DNA of 64,000 nt from NCBI GenBank assembly GCA_963745835.1, contig CAVUZH010000013.1:384001-448000 (forward strand). The letters run 5' to 3'. Source of the stretch: an uncultured delta proteobacterium. Lineage in GTDB: Bacteria; Desulfobacterota; Binatia; UBA9968. A program made the position numbers and the translations under genes. The notes under the pieces were generated by a model. It made no database searches, was not told the origin of the DNA, and was given only the letters and a program-made list of their open reading frames with translations. Below, one piece after another: positions 10,590 to 19,609 of the stretch (positions are counted from its first letter, which is position 1; every line of letters starts with the position of its first letter).

Positions 10590-11657
10590 ATGATTGTCGA
10601 TGCTGATGCCCATGTGGTCGAGACCGAACACACCTGGGATTATCTCGATGCTTCCGAAAAGAAATTCCGGCCTCAACTGTTTCAATCGGCCGACAATCCC
10701 AATGCGCAGTATTGGTTCGTCGAGGGCAAATCGATCGGCTTTCGCCCCCCGACCTTGACCGAACAAGAGCTGATCGCGCTTTCCAAGTCTACCGGCCGCG
10801 AACTCAAAACAGCCCCGGAGGCCCGTGAGCTCCGCGATGTCGAGCTGCGCTTGAACCACATGGACAAGCTGGGCATCGATGTTCAGATCCTGTTCAACAC
10901 CATGTGGATTGCCCGCGTTGCCGACAAGGCTGAAGCAGAGATTGCACTTTGCAAATCCTGGAATCATTGGATGGCCGATCTCTGGAAGCAAGGTAAAAAC
11001 CGTCTGCGCTGGTCGTGCGTCGTCCCGGCAATGACCATTAACGAGGCGATCCAGCAGATGCGCTTTGCTAAAGAGAACGGCGCGGTTGCGGTGAGCCTGC
11101 GCCCTTTCGAAGACGATAGGCACCTCGTCGATCCCTACTTCTATCCGATCTACGAGGAAGCGACCCGTTTGAATTTTGCGGTCGCGGTTCACATCGCCAA
11201 TGGGAGCCCGCAGCTCCTGGACCAGTTTAAACCGCGTTATGACAGAATGGGCGGCTTCGCGCAATTTCGTATCCCTACGGTAATCACCTGTTTGTCTTTG
11301 ATGATGAGCGAACTGCCGCAGCAATTTCCGAAACTGCGCTGGGCTTTCGTCGAAGCCTCGGCTCAATGGGTGCCGTGGGTTGTCAAGGAAGCGATCCGTC
11401 GGACCGGCACCAAAGGATTTCCCGATCTGCCTTTCAAGGAATTTCGGATCTACGTCACTACAGAAACAAATGATGACTTCGATTTCGTGCTGCGCTACGC
11501 CGGCGAAGATAACCTCGTCATAGGCACCGATTACGGCCATACCGATGCGTCGAGCGAAGTGGACGCCCTCGATATTTTCCGGGCAAATGATTCATTGCCA
11601 GAGACGATCAAGAAGAAGATCCTAGACGATAATCCGCGCGCGCTATACACCTTGTAG
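10590..11657 (+). CDS. Amidohydrolase_2 family protein (ACMSD/LigW-like)
   Basis: IVDADAHVVE, FYPIYEEA..AVAVH, FPKLRWAFVEA, GTDYGH. Confidence 0.88.
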   Translation: MIVDADAHVVETEHTWDYLDASEKKFRPQLFQSADNPNAQYWFVEGKSIGFRPPTLTEQELIALSKSTGRELKTAPEARELRDVELRLNHMDKLGIDVQILFNTMWIARVADKAEAEIALCKSWNHWMADLWKQGKNRLRWSCVVPAMTINEAIQQMRFAKENGAVAVSLRPFEDDRHLVDPYFYPIYEEATRLNFAVAVHIANGSPQLLDQFKPRYDRMGGFAQFRIPTVITCLSLMMSELPQQFPKLRWAFVEASAQWVPWVVKEAIRRTGTKGFPDLPFKEFRIYVTTETNDDFDFVLRYAGEDNLVIGTDYGHTDASSEVDALDIFRANDSLPETIKKKILDDNPRALYTL

Positions 11658-11705
11658 ATCTTTTCGAAGGTCCGCACCGGCCGTCGCGATTAACCACACC
11701 GATTG

Positions 11706-13076
11706 ATGCCCAAGGATCTACGCAGCTTTATCGCTGAATTAGACGCTACTTCACCCGAAGATGTAGCGCGGGTTACCAAACCGGTCTCGCCGCGCTATGA
11801 GATGTCCGCGATTCTCACCCATCTGGAAAAGCGCAAACGCTTTCCACTGCTGTTTTTAAAAAATTCCAATAATGGACAGGCGCCGGTTGTGATCAACGCT
11901 CAGGCTAGCCGCCGGCTCATGTCCATCGCCTTAGAATGTAAGCCGGAAGACTTAGCGCGCGCATTTAGCGAGCGACAATCAAAACCTTTAGCGCCGGTGG
12001 AGATGATCAACGCGCCGGTGCACGAAATCTCCAGAACCGGCGATGAAATCGATTTAAACGAAGTGCCGCTGCTGACCCACTATGACGTCAATGTCGCTCC
12101 TTACATCACCGCCGGTATCGTCGTAGCAGTCGATCCGGATACGGGAGTGCGCAATACGAGCTATAACCGGCTAATGATGGCAGGCAAACGCGAGCTGAGA
12201 ATCTTCATGGCCGTCGGCAGGCATCTGTGGACGCTGCACAACAAGCTTGAGCGCCGCAACCAATCGCTGCCCATCGCCATCATCATTGGTGTTCACCCTC
12301 TTTTTTCTCTGGGAGCACAAGCGCTCACGCCAGCGGATGAAGACGAGTACGCCGTCATCGGCGGCATGATGAACGAACCACTTCGTCTCGCACGAGCGAA
12401 AACGGTTCCGATTCTCGTGCCCGCGGATGCTGAGATGATTATAGAAGGCCAGATCATGCCGAACCTGCGTCGTCTCGAGGGCCCATTTGGCGAGTTTACC
12501 GGTCATGCCGTGCCGCAGGACCAACGGCAAGTCATTGAAGTCACCGCTATTACCCACCGCGACAATTACATTTTTCAGGACATTCATGCCGGGTATACCG
12601 AGCATAAATTGATGGGCGCGGTGCCGCGCGAAGCGGCTCTGTTGAAAGCGGTTCGCCTGACGGTTCCTACAGTCACGAATGTGTGCATGCCGGTGTCGGG
12701 TAATTGCCGCTTTCACGCGTACATTTCGATCGCTAAACGAACGCCGGGTCAAGCCAAAAACGCCATATGCGCGGCGTTCGCTGCCGATATGCTGCTTAAA
12801 CACGTGGTGGTGGTCGATGACGACATCGACGTCTTCGACGAGGAACGGGTTCTGTGGGCAATCTCCAATCGCTTTCAGGCGGATCGCGGGCTGGTGGTCA
12901 TTGCAAATGCTCAGGGCAGCGAACTTGATCCCTCCGCTAACCCGGGAGGTGTTAACGCCAAAATGGGTCTGGACGCAACCAAACCGCTCACTGGATTTCC
13001 GCCGGAACTCAGAGTGCCGGAAGAAGTTTTAGAAAAGATCAGCCTCGACGACTTCCTTCCTGATTTCGCAAAATGA
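11706..13076 (+). CDS. UbiD-family prFMN-dependent (de)carboxylase
   Basis: DLRSFI, PYITAG, NTSYNRL, EGPFGEFTGH, VVVDDDIDV, KMGLDATKP. Confidence 0.92.
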   Translation: MPKDLRSFIAELDATSPEDVARVTKPVSPRYEMSAILTHLEKRKRFPLLFLKNSNNGQAPVVINAQASRRLMSIALECKPEDLARAFSERQSKPLAPVEMINAPVHEISRTGDEIDLNEVPLLTHYDVNVAPYITAGIVVAVDPDTGVRNTSYNRLMMAGKRELRIFMAVGRHLWTLHNKLERRNQSLPIAIIIGVHPLFSLGAQALTPADEDEYAVIGGMMNEPLRLARAKTVPILVPADAEMIIEGQIMPNLRRLEGPFGEFTGHAVPQDQRQVIEVTAITHRDNYIFQDIHAGYTEHKLMGAVPREAALLKAVRLTVPTVTNVCMPVSGNCRFHAYISIAKRTPGQAKNAICAAFAADMLLKHVVVVDDDIDVFDEERVLWAISNRFQADRGLVVIANAQGSELDPSANPGGVNAKMGLDATKPLTGFPPELRVPEEVLEKISLDDFLPDFAK

Positions 13077-13107
13077 TGACTCCGCGGTTGCTCTATAGCT
13101 CATGAAC

Positions 13108-13137
13108 TAACCCCGGTTCGGCTGGGGTTAAAATTTT
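13108..13137 (+). terminator. Candidate intrinsic terminator after ubiD-like gene
   Basis: TAACCCCGG-TTCGG-CTGGGGTTA hairpin followed by an AT-rich tract. Confidence 0.5.
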
Positions 13138-13190
13138 AATTTACCGCCCGGCTATCCGTATGCCCTTCTCCCCCTCGCATGCGCTAGCAT

Positions 13191-13220
13191 TTGACAGGGC
13201 GATTCATCATCGGCTAACCT
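13191..13220 (+). promoter_or_regulatory. Candidate sigma70 promoter of the amidase-actin operon
   Basis: TTGACA-N18-TAACCT about 50 bp upstream of the amidase start. Confidence 0.45.
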
Positions 13221-13271
13221 TGCACATCTTCGATCCTTTCTTTGAATGATCAGTCAAGCTACCTCAGTCGA

Positions 13272-14282
13272 ATGGCCAGCATAGAGCAGGACAAACTCCG
13301 CCTCCTCAGGGGCGCAGTCCAAGACAACGTTGACCTGCTGCGCGGAATCCGAACCCATACTCGGAGCCGCCATCGAAAAATCGAAGGACCCTGGATATGG
13401 AGTCCGTTTTTACTAGCCGTTCTCGCAATTCTCTGGCAGGCTTCGCCGGTCATCTCGACCAGGCCCACGGCTACACCACAGGATGCCAAAGCGGACACCA
13501 AACAGGCTCAAGCGATGGCTCAATTCGGTGCGCTGGAAGTTCAAACACCGGCACTCACGCCGCATCCGCTCGATCGCGCGGTTATTCCGCTCGGGGTTAA
13601 GAGAATCGTCATCGATGCCGGTCACGGCGGCAAGCAGCCGGGGGCGATATCCGAATCCGGTGTCTCCGAGAAGGACATCACCTTGGACATTGCGCTCCGT
13701 GTGCACCGCCTCCTTGACAACGCGCCATTCGAAGTCTTGATGACGCGTCAAGATGACCGAACTATGACGCTGGAGAAAAGAGTCGCGTTCGCTAACTCGA
13801 ACCGAGCGGATCTTTTTATTTCAATCCATATCAACTGGACCGAACCGCGCGAGATTCGTCCGTTGGAAACCTACTTCGTCGGGCCCAGTGACGACCCGGC
13901 AACGATTAAATTGGCGAGCATGGAAAACCAGGAATCCGGCTATTCATTATCGGAGTACCGACGGGTGTTGGAAAAAATCTATATCGATACGCGACGCGAT
14001 GAATCTCGCAGTCTGGCCAAGAACATCCATGCAGAATTGTACCAAGCCCTCAAAGCGGTAAATCCGACGCTGGACAATCGAGGTGTTAGAACGGCGCCCT
14101 TTTTAGTTCTCGTCGGCACGGAGATGCCGGCTATACTCCTCGAAGTCTCGAGCCTGTCAAACGAAGAAGAAGTAGAGTTGTTGATAGACCCCGATTACCG
14201 GGAAAAAATCGCGCTGGCGGTATCCAGAGGAATTGGCAGCTACGCGAGCAATCTTAATAGGTCAGCTGAGAAAGGTAGCTAA
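13272..14282 (+). CDS. N-acetylmuramoyl-L-alanine amidase (Amidase_3) with N-terminal membrane segment
   Basis: RIVIDAGHGG, SEKD, MTRQDD, LFISIHIN, APFLVL..MPAILLEV; all Zn/catalytic H-E-H-E residues present; hydrophobic WIWSPFLLAVLAILW segment; alternative TTG start at 13242. Confidence 0.92.
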   Translation: MASIEQDKLRLLRGAVQDNVDLLRGIRTHTRSRHRKIEGPWIWSPFLLAVLAILWQASPVISTRPTATPQDAKADTKQAQAMAQFGALEVQTPALTPHPLDRAVIPLGVKRIVIDAGHGGKQPGAISESGVSEKDITLDIALRVHRLLDNAPFEVLMTRQDDRTMTLEKRVAFANSNRADLFISIHINWTEPREIRPLETYFVGPSDDPATIKLASMENQESGYSLSEYRRVLEKIYIDTRRDESRSLAKNIHAELYQALKAVNPTLDNRGVRTAPFLVLVGTEMPAILLEVSSLSNEEEVELLIDPDYREKIALAVSRGIGSYASNLNRSAEKGS

Positions 14283-14288
14283 ACGTCA

Positions 14289-15320
14289 ATGGAAGAAACA
14301 AATGATACACTTTGCGTCGGAATCGATCTCGGCACCTCGCGGAGTTCCATTTCGGCATCCAACGGCGAGCGCCACGTAATCGACAGTTATGTCGGTTGGC
14401 CGCTCGATATGGTCGCGCGCAAGCTGATCCAAAAACCGATTCTTGTCGGTCGTGAAGCATTGGATAGTCGTTCGATGCTGGATCTTCGCCGTCCCATGGA
14501 GCGCGGCTTGATCAAGGATGGATCAAAAAAGGACGAAGAAGCCGTCCAGGAGATCCTCCGGCATTTGATCACGCAGACCGGCTTGAAACAGAAAAATAAG
14601 ACGCGTTCAAAGGTTCGCGCCGTGGTCGGCGTGCCCGCGGAGGCTTTCAGGAATAGCAAACAGCGCTTGCGTAGTGCCATGGAGGGGGTGGCCGACAGCG
14701 TCATGTTGGTGTCCGAACCCTTCGCTGTAGCGTACGGATTAGAAGCTTTACTGCACGCCCTTATTATTGATATCGGTGCGGGAACGGCTGACTTTTGCGT
14801 GATGCAAGGGCGTTATCCGACCGAGGAAGACCAAAGAACCTTACCCAATGCCGGCGACTCGATTGACGAACAACTGCTGAAATTAGTGCGCGAGCACCAT
14901 CCCGAAGCGCAAACTTCGATTCATATGATTCGTGAATGGAAGGAGAAATGGAGCTTTGTCGGTGAGGCGAAACAACCGGTTTTAGTTTCTGTTCCGGTCA
15001 AGGGGAAGGCCACCGATTTGGATGTCACCGCGGAGATGCGCGCCGCCTGCGAAAGCATCTTAGCGCCCGTTTGTGAAACCATGTTGGACCTGCTCACCAG
15101 AGTCGAGCCCGAATACCAAGCGAAGGTTCGCAATAATGTTATTCTCGCCGGCGGCACTTCGCTCATCGTTGGACTGAGCCAAGCAATTGAGCAGGCGCTG
15201 GCCGAGCTCGGTGGCGGCCACGCCACGGTTGTTAAAGATCCGGTTTTCGCGGGTTCCGATGGCGGCCTGGCGATCGCCCAGGATGCATCGAGCTCGGATT
15301 GGGAAAAGTTGTCACTTTAG
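14289..15320 (+). CDS. MamK-like bacterial actin
   Basis: GIDLGTS, VVGVPA, VSEPFAVAYG, IIDIGAGTADFC, PTEEDQRTL..AGD.IDE, KEKWSFVG, PEYQAKVRNNVILAGG, VKDPVFAG, DWEKL follow MamK (as recalled) more closely than MreB. Confidence 0.85.
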   Translation: MEETNDTLCVGIDLGTSRSSISASNGERHVIDSYVGWPLDMVARKLIQKPILVGREALDSRSMLDLRRPMERGLIKDGSKKDEEAVQEILRHLITQTGLKQKNKTRSKVRAVVGVPAEAFRNSKQRLRSAMEGVADSVMLVSEPFAVAYGLEALLHALIIDIGAGTADFCVMQGRYPTEEDQRTLPNAGDSIDEQLLKLVREHHPEAQTSIHMIREWKEKWSFVGEAKQPVLVSVPVKGKATDLDVTAEMRAACESILAPVCETMLDLLTRVEPEYQAKVRNNVILAGGTSLIVGLSQAIEQALAELGGGHATVVKDPVFAGSDGGLAIAQDASSSDWEKLSL

Positions 15321-15471
15321 ATAATCCCGCCGCTCCGATGCCGGCTTCTTGGATGCATCACTTGCCGATAAACGCCTGATGGAATGTCAGTGATGACTGC
15401 TCTTTAAGGTTCTTCTCGAACCGTCGACGTTTTCTAGGCGTCAGGCAAACGATGGCGCGACAGCGAAAAAG

Positions 15472-16218
15472 CTAATCGCGAATTGCCAGCGCGCCGCCAT
15501 CGACAGGCAGGTCGATGGCGTAGATGAACTCGGACTCATCTGAGGCAAGAAATACTACGGCTTTGGCAATATCCATCGGAACGCCGCGCCGGCCAGCCAA
15601 GTTTTTGACGAAGCGATTTTCCGGAACTTCTTCCTGACCAACAGGCGAGCCGATTCGATTCGGCGATACCGAATTTACGCGAATGCCTTCCGGCGCCAAT
15701 TGCACCGCGATCGATCGGGTGAGATTAAGCACACCCGCTTTGGCGGTGGTGTAGGCCGTCGCTTCCTTACGTCCCCAATGGCCTGAGGTCGAAGCGATGT
15801 TGATGATCTTGCCTTTGCGCTTGTGATCGATCATCACCTTGGCAGCCGATCGCGTACAGTACCACACGCTCCTAAGGCACACGTTCATGACACGGTCCCA
15901 CTCTTCTTCGGTAATATCGAACAAGGTTTTGTGATCGGTCCAAGCGGCGTTGTTGACCAAGATGTCGATAGCGCCAAATTGCTTCACTACCGTCTGAACC
16001 ATTTGATCTACCGAATCAGCCGATGCGACATCGCATACGACCGAGATAGCCGACCCTGGCTTGGTCGCGTTGATTTCACTAGCCACACGGCTGCCTCTTC
16101 CCTGATCGAGATCGACTACCGCCACCTTGGCGCCTTCATGAGCAAAAAGCTTGGAGACGTCTTCACCGATATTGCGCCCTGCGCCGGTAACCACCGCGAC
16201 TTGATTCTGCAGTCTCAT
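15472..16218 (-). CDS. Short-chain dehydrogenase/reductase
   Basis: TGAGRNIG, DILVNNA, YTTAK, IRVNSVSP, VDGG. Confidence 0.93.
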   Translation of the reverse strand: MRLQNQVAVVTGAGRNIGEDVSKLFAHEGAKVAVVDLDQGRGSRVASEINATKPGSAISVVCDVASADSVDQMVQTVVKQFGAIDILVNNAAWTDHKTLFDITEEEWDRVMNVCLRSVWYCTRSAAKVMIDHKRKGKIINIASTSGHWGRKEATAYTTAKAGVLNLTRSIAVQLAPEGIRVNSVSPNRIGSPVGQEEVPENRFVKNLAGRRGVPMDIAKAVVFLASDESEFIYAIDLPVDGGALAIRD

Positions 16219-16326
16219 CGTTTCCTCCATCATCAATTTTTCTGCTGAATAACAGAACCTAGATTAAAGGTCCAGCTACCGGGAGGGACTACCGACTAAA
16301 GAAGAGCTAAGGGAGGAGCGATCTGG

Positions 16327-17349
16327 TTAAAGACTGACTTTCTCGACGTACAGATCTTTCAAAAACTTGCTATTTTTGAGCTCCTCAAGGAAGCGCGGTT
16401 CGATGACGTCGTTCGGCTTTATCGATCCAGTACGCTTATCGACAACAGCGCCGACATCAACCAGCGCTTGAAGCGACTCGGAATTGAGCTCCGGGAGCGG
16501 CCGAAGCTGGGAGGAGAAACTATCGTACATCGACTGAACAGATCCCGCCTGGGTATCCGGAAAATACTTCTTGATGATTGCCAGGCTCTCCTCACGACGG
16601 GTCACCAGGTGATTAATCGCCGCGGCATAGCCCTTCATAAAGCGCCGGATCGTTTCCTCGTCTTTCTTGATAAACGAGCGGGTCGTTACCAGCAAATCTG
16701 TCACCACAGGCACCGCCTTTACTTCAAGGGTCTTGATGCCTAACTTTTTCGCTTCTGCGGCAAGTTCTTCGCTCAACGGCGCGCCTTGCACAAGGTTCTT
16801 GGAAATTGCCAAAGCTCGCGCCGGTGCGAGCCCGGCGGCGACGATTTCAACATCTCTTACCGGGTCTAGCCCGGCGCGCCTAAGTATGACCCGTGCAATC
16901 AGGTCCGATCTCGAACCTAGTGCAGAAACAGCAACTTTCTTACCCTTCAAATCCTTAACCGAACCGATGGATGACGCGACTCCCATTCCATAGTGGTCCA
17001 GTCTCACGTGAGAGCCGATTACGGTAATATCGGCGCCGTTAGCCATCGGTTGAAGAATCGCCAATGGACTGCCGGAGCCTATCAGAAGGTCAACTCCCAG
17101 GAGCGCCTGTATTCCGGCAGACATGTTGTCCCTGATTGGAATCTCCTCGACCTCGATATCATATTTTTTAAAGAGCCCGGCATCCACCCCGACATAAGCA
17201 ACTGCAGTCCCCAATTCCCATCCGGCATAGGCGAGGCGTATTTTCTTGGCGCCATCAGCGGCAAAAGCAAGGCCCGCCAGAGTAGTGACAAACCAAAAGA
17301 CCACAATGAAACCCAACGCTCGCAAATTGAAAGACTTTCGCTTGCTCAT
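16327..17349 (-). CDS. ABC-type substrate-binding protein, NMT1/SsuA-like
   Basis: Signal peptide, YVGVDAGLFKKYDIEVE, DLKGKKVAVSALGS, FLEELKNSKFL. Confidence 0.82.
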   Translation of the reverse strand: MSKRKSFNLRALGFIVVFWFVTTLAGLAFAADGAKKIRLAYAGWELGTAVAYVGVDAGLFKKYDIEVEEIPIRDNMSAGIQALLGVDLLIGSGSPLAILQPMANGADITVIGSHVRLDHYGMGVASSIGSVKDLKGKKVAVSALGSRSDLIARVILRRAGLDPVRDVEIVAAGLAPARALAISKNLVQGAPLSEELAAEAKKLGIKTLEVKAVPVVTDLLVTTRSFIKKDEETIRRFMKGYAAAINHLVTRREESLAIIKKYFPDTQAGSVQSMYDSFSSQLRPLPELNSESLQALVDVGAVVDKRTGSIKPNDVIEPRFLEELKNSKFLKDLYVEKVSL

Positions 17350-17487
17350 ATTTTGACTATAGCTCACCGCTCCAGCGCTTCCAAGTGGAACGTAACGGGA
17401 CCACGCGTTCGGCTCTCGAAGCGATTGATGCCTCGATTTCATGTTGATATCTTCAGCGTAAGCCCATCGCGAGTCTTGGAGGCGCTA

Positions 17488-17888
17488 ATGAGATTTCTCC
17501 ACACGATGATCGAGTTAATAATTTAGATGAGTCCCTAAGGTTCTACTGTGATGTCTTAGGTATGAAGCTGATTCGACAAAGAGATTACCCGTCCGGCAAG
17601 TTCACCCTCGCTTTGGTGGGATTCGGTCATGAGGTACAAAACACGGTCATCGAATTGACATACAACTGGGAGACTCATCAGTATGACCTCGGTAATGCCT
17701 TCGGACATCTGGCGCTGGGGGAGTGGAAGACATCTATAAAACCTGCGACGACCTATGGAGAAAAGGCGCAAAAATTGTTCGCGAACCTGGTCCGATTGAA
17801 GCAGGCGGAACCGAGATCGCGTTCATCGAAGATCACAATGGGATATAAAATCGAGCTGATTGACCTAAGCCGGCGCGGGCAAGCCTAA
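17488..17888 (+). pseudogene. gloA: Lactoylglutathione lyase (glyoxalase I), multiply frameshifted
   Basis: MRFLHTMI/RVNNLDESLRFYCDVLGMKL..GKFTLA..IELTYNW..YDLGNAFGHLALG/VEDIYKTCD..KIVREPGP..IAFIED/GYKIELI is spread over three frames, with indels near 17510, 17720 and 17841. Confidence 0.85.
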
Positions 17889-18028
17889 CCGCCCGATGCG
17901 CTATGCAAAGTGCCAGCCGGAGAGCTAGATTAGTGCGGCGAGCAAGATTGCAACCGCGTCAGATTTAATTTACGATCATGTGATTTTCACTCCAGTCCAA
18001 ACCCGCTACATCTAGGAGGATTGCTGTC

Positions 18029-18853
18029 ATGGCTACGATGATTACTAATGAGTGTATAAACTGCGGCGCATGCGAGCCGGAGTGCCCCAACAACGCTATT
18101 TCACAGGGTGAAACCATCTTTGTCATCGATCCTCAGCTTTGCACCGAATGCGTCGGCTTCCATGATTTCGAGGCTTGCGCCGCGGTTTGCCCGGTTGATT
18201 GCTGTGTAACCGACCCGAATAACATCGAAACGGAAGAAGCGCTGATCGCACGAGCTCGCGCGCTTCATCCTGAGACCGACATCGGCGACAACTTCGAATC
18301 CCGCTTCCGCAAAGGCGAAGGGAAATCAGCCGCTCCAACTGCACAGAAACCCGCCCCGGCGGCAGCTTCGGCGGACTCAAGCGTCGCTGCAGCACCGCTT
18401 ACCACCGCAACCGCACCGCAGACGTCAGGTTACGCCGAACCGGCTGACAATTTCATTTCTTTACCCCCGATTGATGCTTGGGAGATTCCGCTTCGCTGCT
18501 TTAAATGCGGGCAAACACATCCAGAGCCCGTGCGTAACTTCATGATCGGCAATGTCATCTTCTGCCCTCAATGCCACAAATCAATGGTCGTGCGCGACAA
18601 TCTTAATTATCACATTCGAACACTGCTAACCGATTCTTATGACAAGTGGCAAAAGGAGCAGGAAGCCTACGTCAACCGGAGAGAAACCGAGCTGGCGGAG
18701 TTTATGGAGAAGCGCGCCAAAGACGCCCAAGGGTTCGAATCACATCAGCAGCGACAGCTAGAACACATTCGCGAGCAGTTAGCCGGGCTGGGGGAAAATT
18801 ATGACGCGCCCGGGAAACCGATCAAGAAGGGCTCGCGTTTTGGTTGGGGATGA
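18029..18853 (+). CDS. YfhL-type 2x[4Fe-4S] ferredoxin fused to an Ala/Pro linker, Zn ribbon and coiled coil
   Basis: CINCGACEPECP and CTECVGF..CAAVCPVDC; later CFKC-x18-CPQC; GGAGG RBS. Confidence 0.85.
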   Translation: MATMITNECINCGACEPECPNNAISQGETIFVIDPQLCTECVGFHDFEACAAVCPVDCCVTDPNNIETEEALIARARALHPETDIGDNFESRFRKGEGKSAAPTAQKPAPAAASADSSVAAAPLTTATAPQTSGYAEPADNFISLPPIDAWEIPLRCFKCGQTHPEPVRNFMIGNVIFCPQCHKSMVVRDNLNYHIRTLLTDSYDKWQKEQEAYVNRRETELAEFMEKRAKDAQGFESHQQRQLEHIREQLAGLGENYDAPGKPIKKGSRFGWG

Positions 18854-18865
18854 TTCCGGCCGATT

Positions 18866-19348
18866 TTGACTCTGATGCTCAATTCATGGCTTCACATTGT
18901 CGCTTTAGTTGCTTACCTCGGCGCCATTCTCGGTCTCGGGTTTATGCTTTTGCCTTCTTTGTCCTCCGTTGAAGAACACGAGGACAGGGTTCATTTCCTT
19001 GCTCGGGGTCTAAAGTTCTACAATCCTTTACAAGTAGGCGCGTTGGGTCTCGTGCTATTTAGCGGCGCATTCGAGTTAACCCATCTCAAAGCGATCTATC
19101 GTGAAATGTTTTTGAAGCAGTTGGGCTACAATCTGGCAATGAAGCTCACCTTCGCTTTCCTGCTGGTCTTCTTTAGCGTCTACCAAGCCATGGGAATTGG
19201 CCACCGTTTCGTCAAACGTCGCGAGCTCGGTGAATCCATTACACCGACTGAGCTCGATTCAGTCGTGCGGCGCCTAAGCGGGGCAAACTGGCTCATCTTA
19301 TTTCTCGCCGTCATTACCATTTGGTTGGGGCTGCAGCTCCAATCCTGA
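18866..19348 (+). CDS. Four-TM membrane protein (CopD/DUF4149-like)
   Basis: Four hydrophobic helices, WLH in TM1, MKL motif before TM3; starts 12 bp after the ferredoxin fusion. Confidence 0.6.
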   Translation: MTLMLNSWLHIVALVAYLGAILGLGFMLLPSLSSVEEHEDRVHFLARGLKFYNPLQVGALGLVLFSGAFELTHLKAIYREMFLKQLGYNLAMKLTFAFLLVFFSVYQAMGIGHRFVKRRELGESITPTELDSVVRRLSGANWLILFLAVITIWLGLQLQS

Positions 19349-19559
19349 GAAACACACACGATGCGCTCTTAAATATGGCTACCCCTGGCCGCCCCCGGGG
19401 TCGGATCGAAGAATTACTGCGCCATACGTACATCAAGAAACTTTCGTCGATGTTCCCGGAGAGCTTGGCAGCTCGTGGCGCTGTGTCTCGAAATGGATTC
19501 GGACCTGTCACCCGTTCAACGGGAGACTCTTAGGAGCATAGCTGCTGGAGGCGGGCAAT

Positions 19560-19591
19560 AAAAAAGGCGGGGTATCTCTACCCCGCCTTTT
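19560..19591. terminator. Intrinsic terminator, probably bidirectional
   Basis: AAAAAAGGCGGGGTA-TCTC-TACCCCGCCTTTT. Confidence 0.85.
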
Positions 19592-19609
19592 GACACTCAC
19601 AGGTAGTTT

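Noticed and set aside
10509-11540. 343-aa antisense ORF, and similar long shadow ORFs such as 443..1093, 12171..12803 and 36091..36669
   Set aside because: Each is antisense to a well-supported gene and has no motifs; typical of GC-rich codon bias
14289-15320. Magnetosome island or canonical mreB locus
   Set aside because: No other mam genes and no mreC/mreD/pbp2/rodA in the window; the motifs are MamK-like but magnetotaxis cannot be claimed
17899-17915. Sigma54 promoter on the minus strand (TGGCACTTTGCATAGC)
   Set aside because: GG-to-GC spacing is 11 rather than 10, and no gene is positioned to use it
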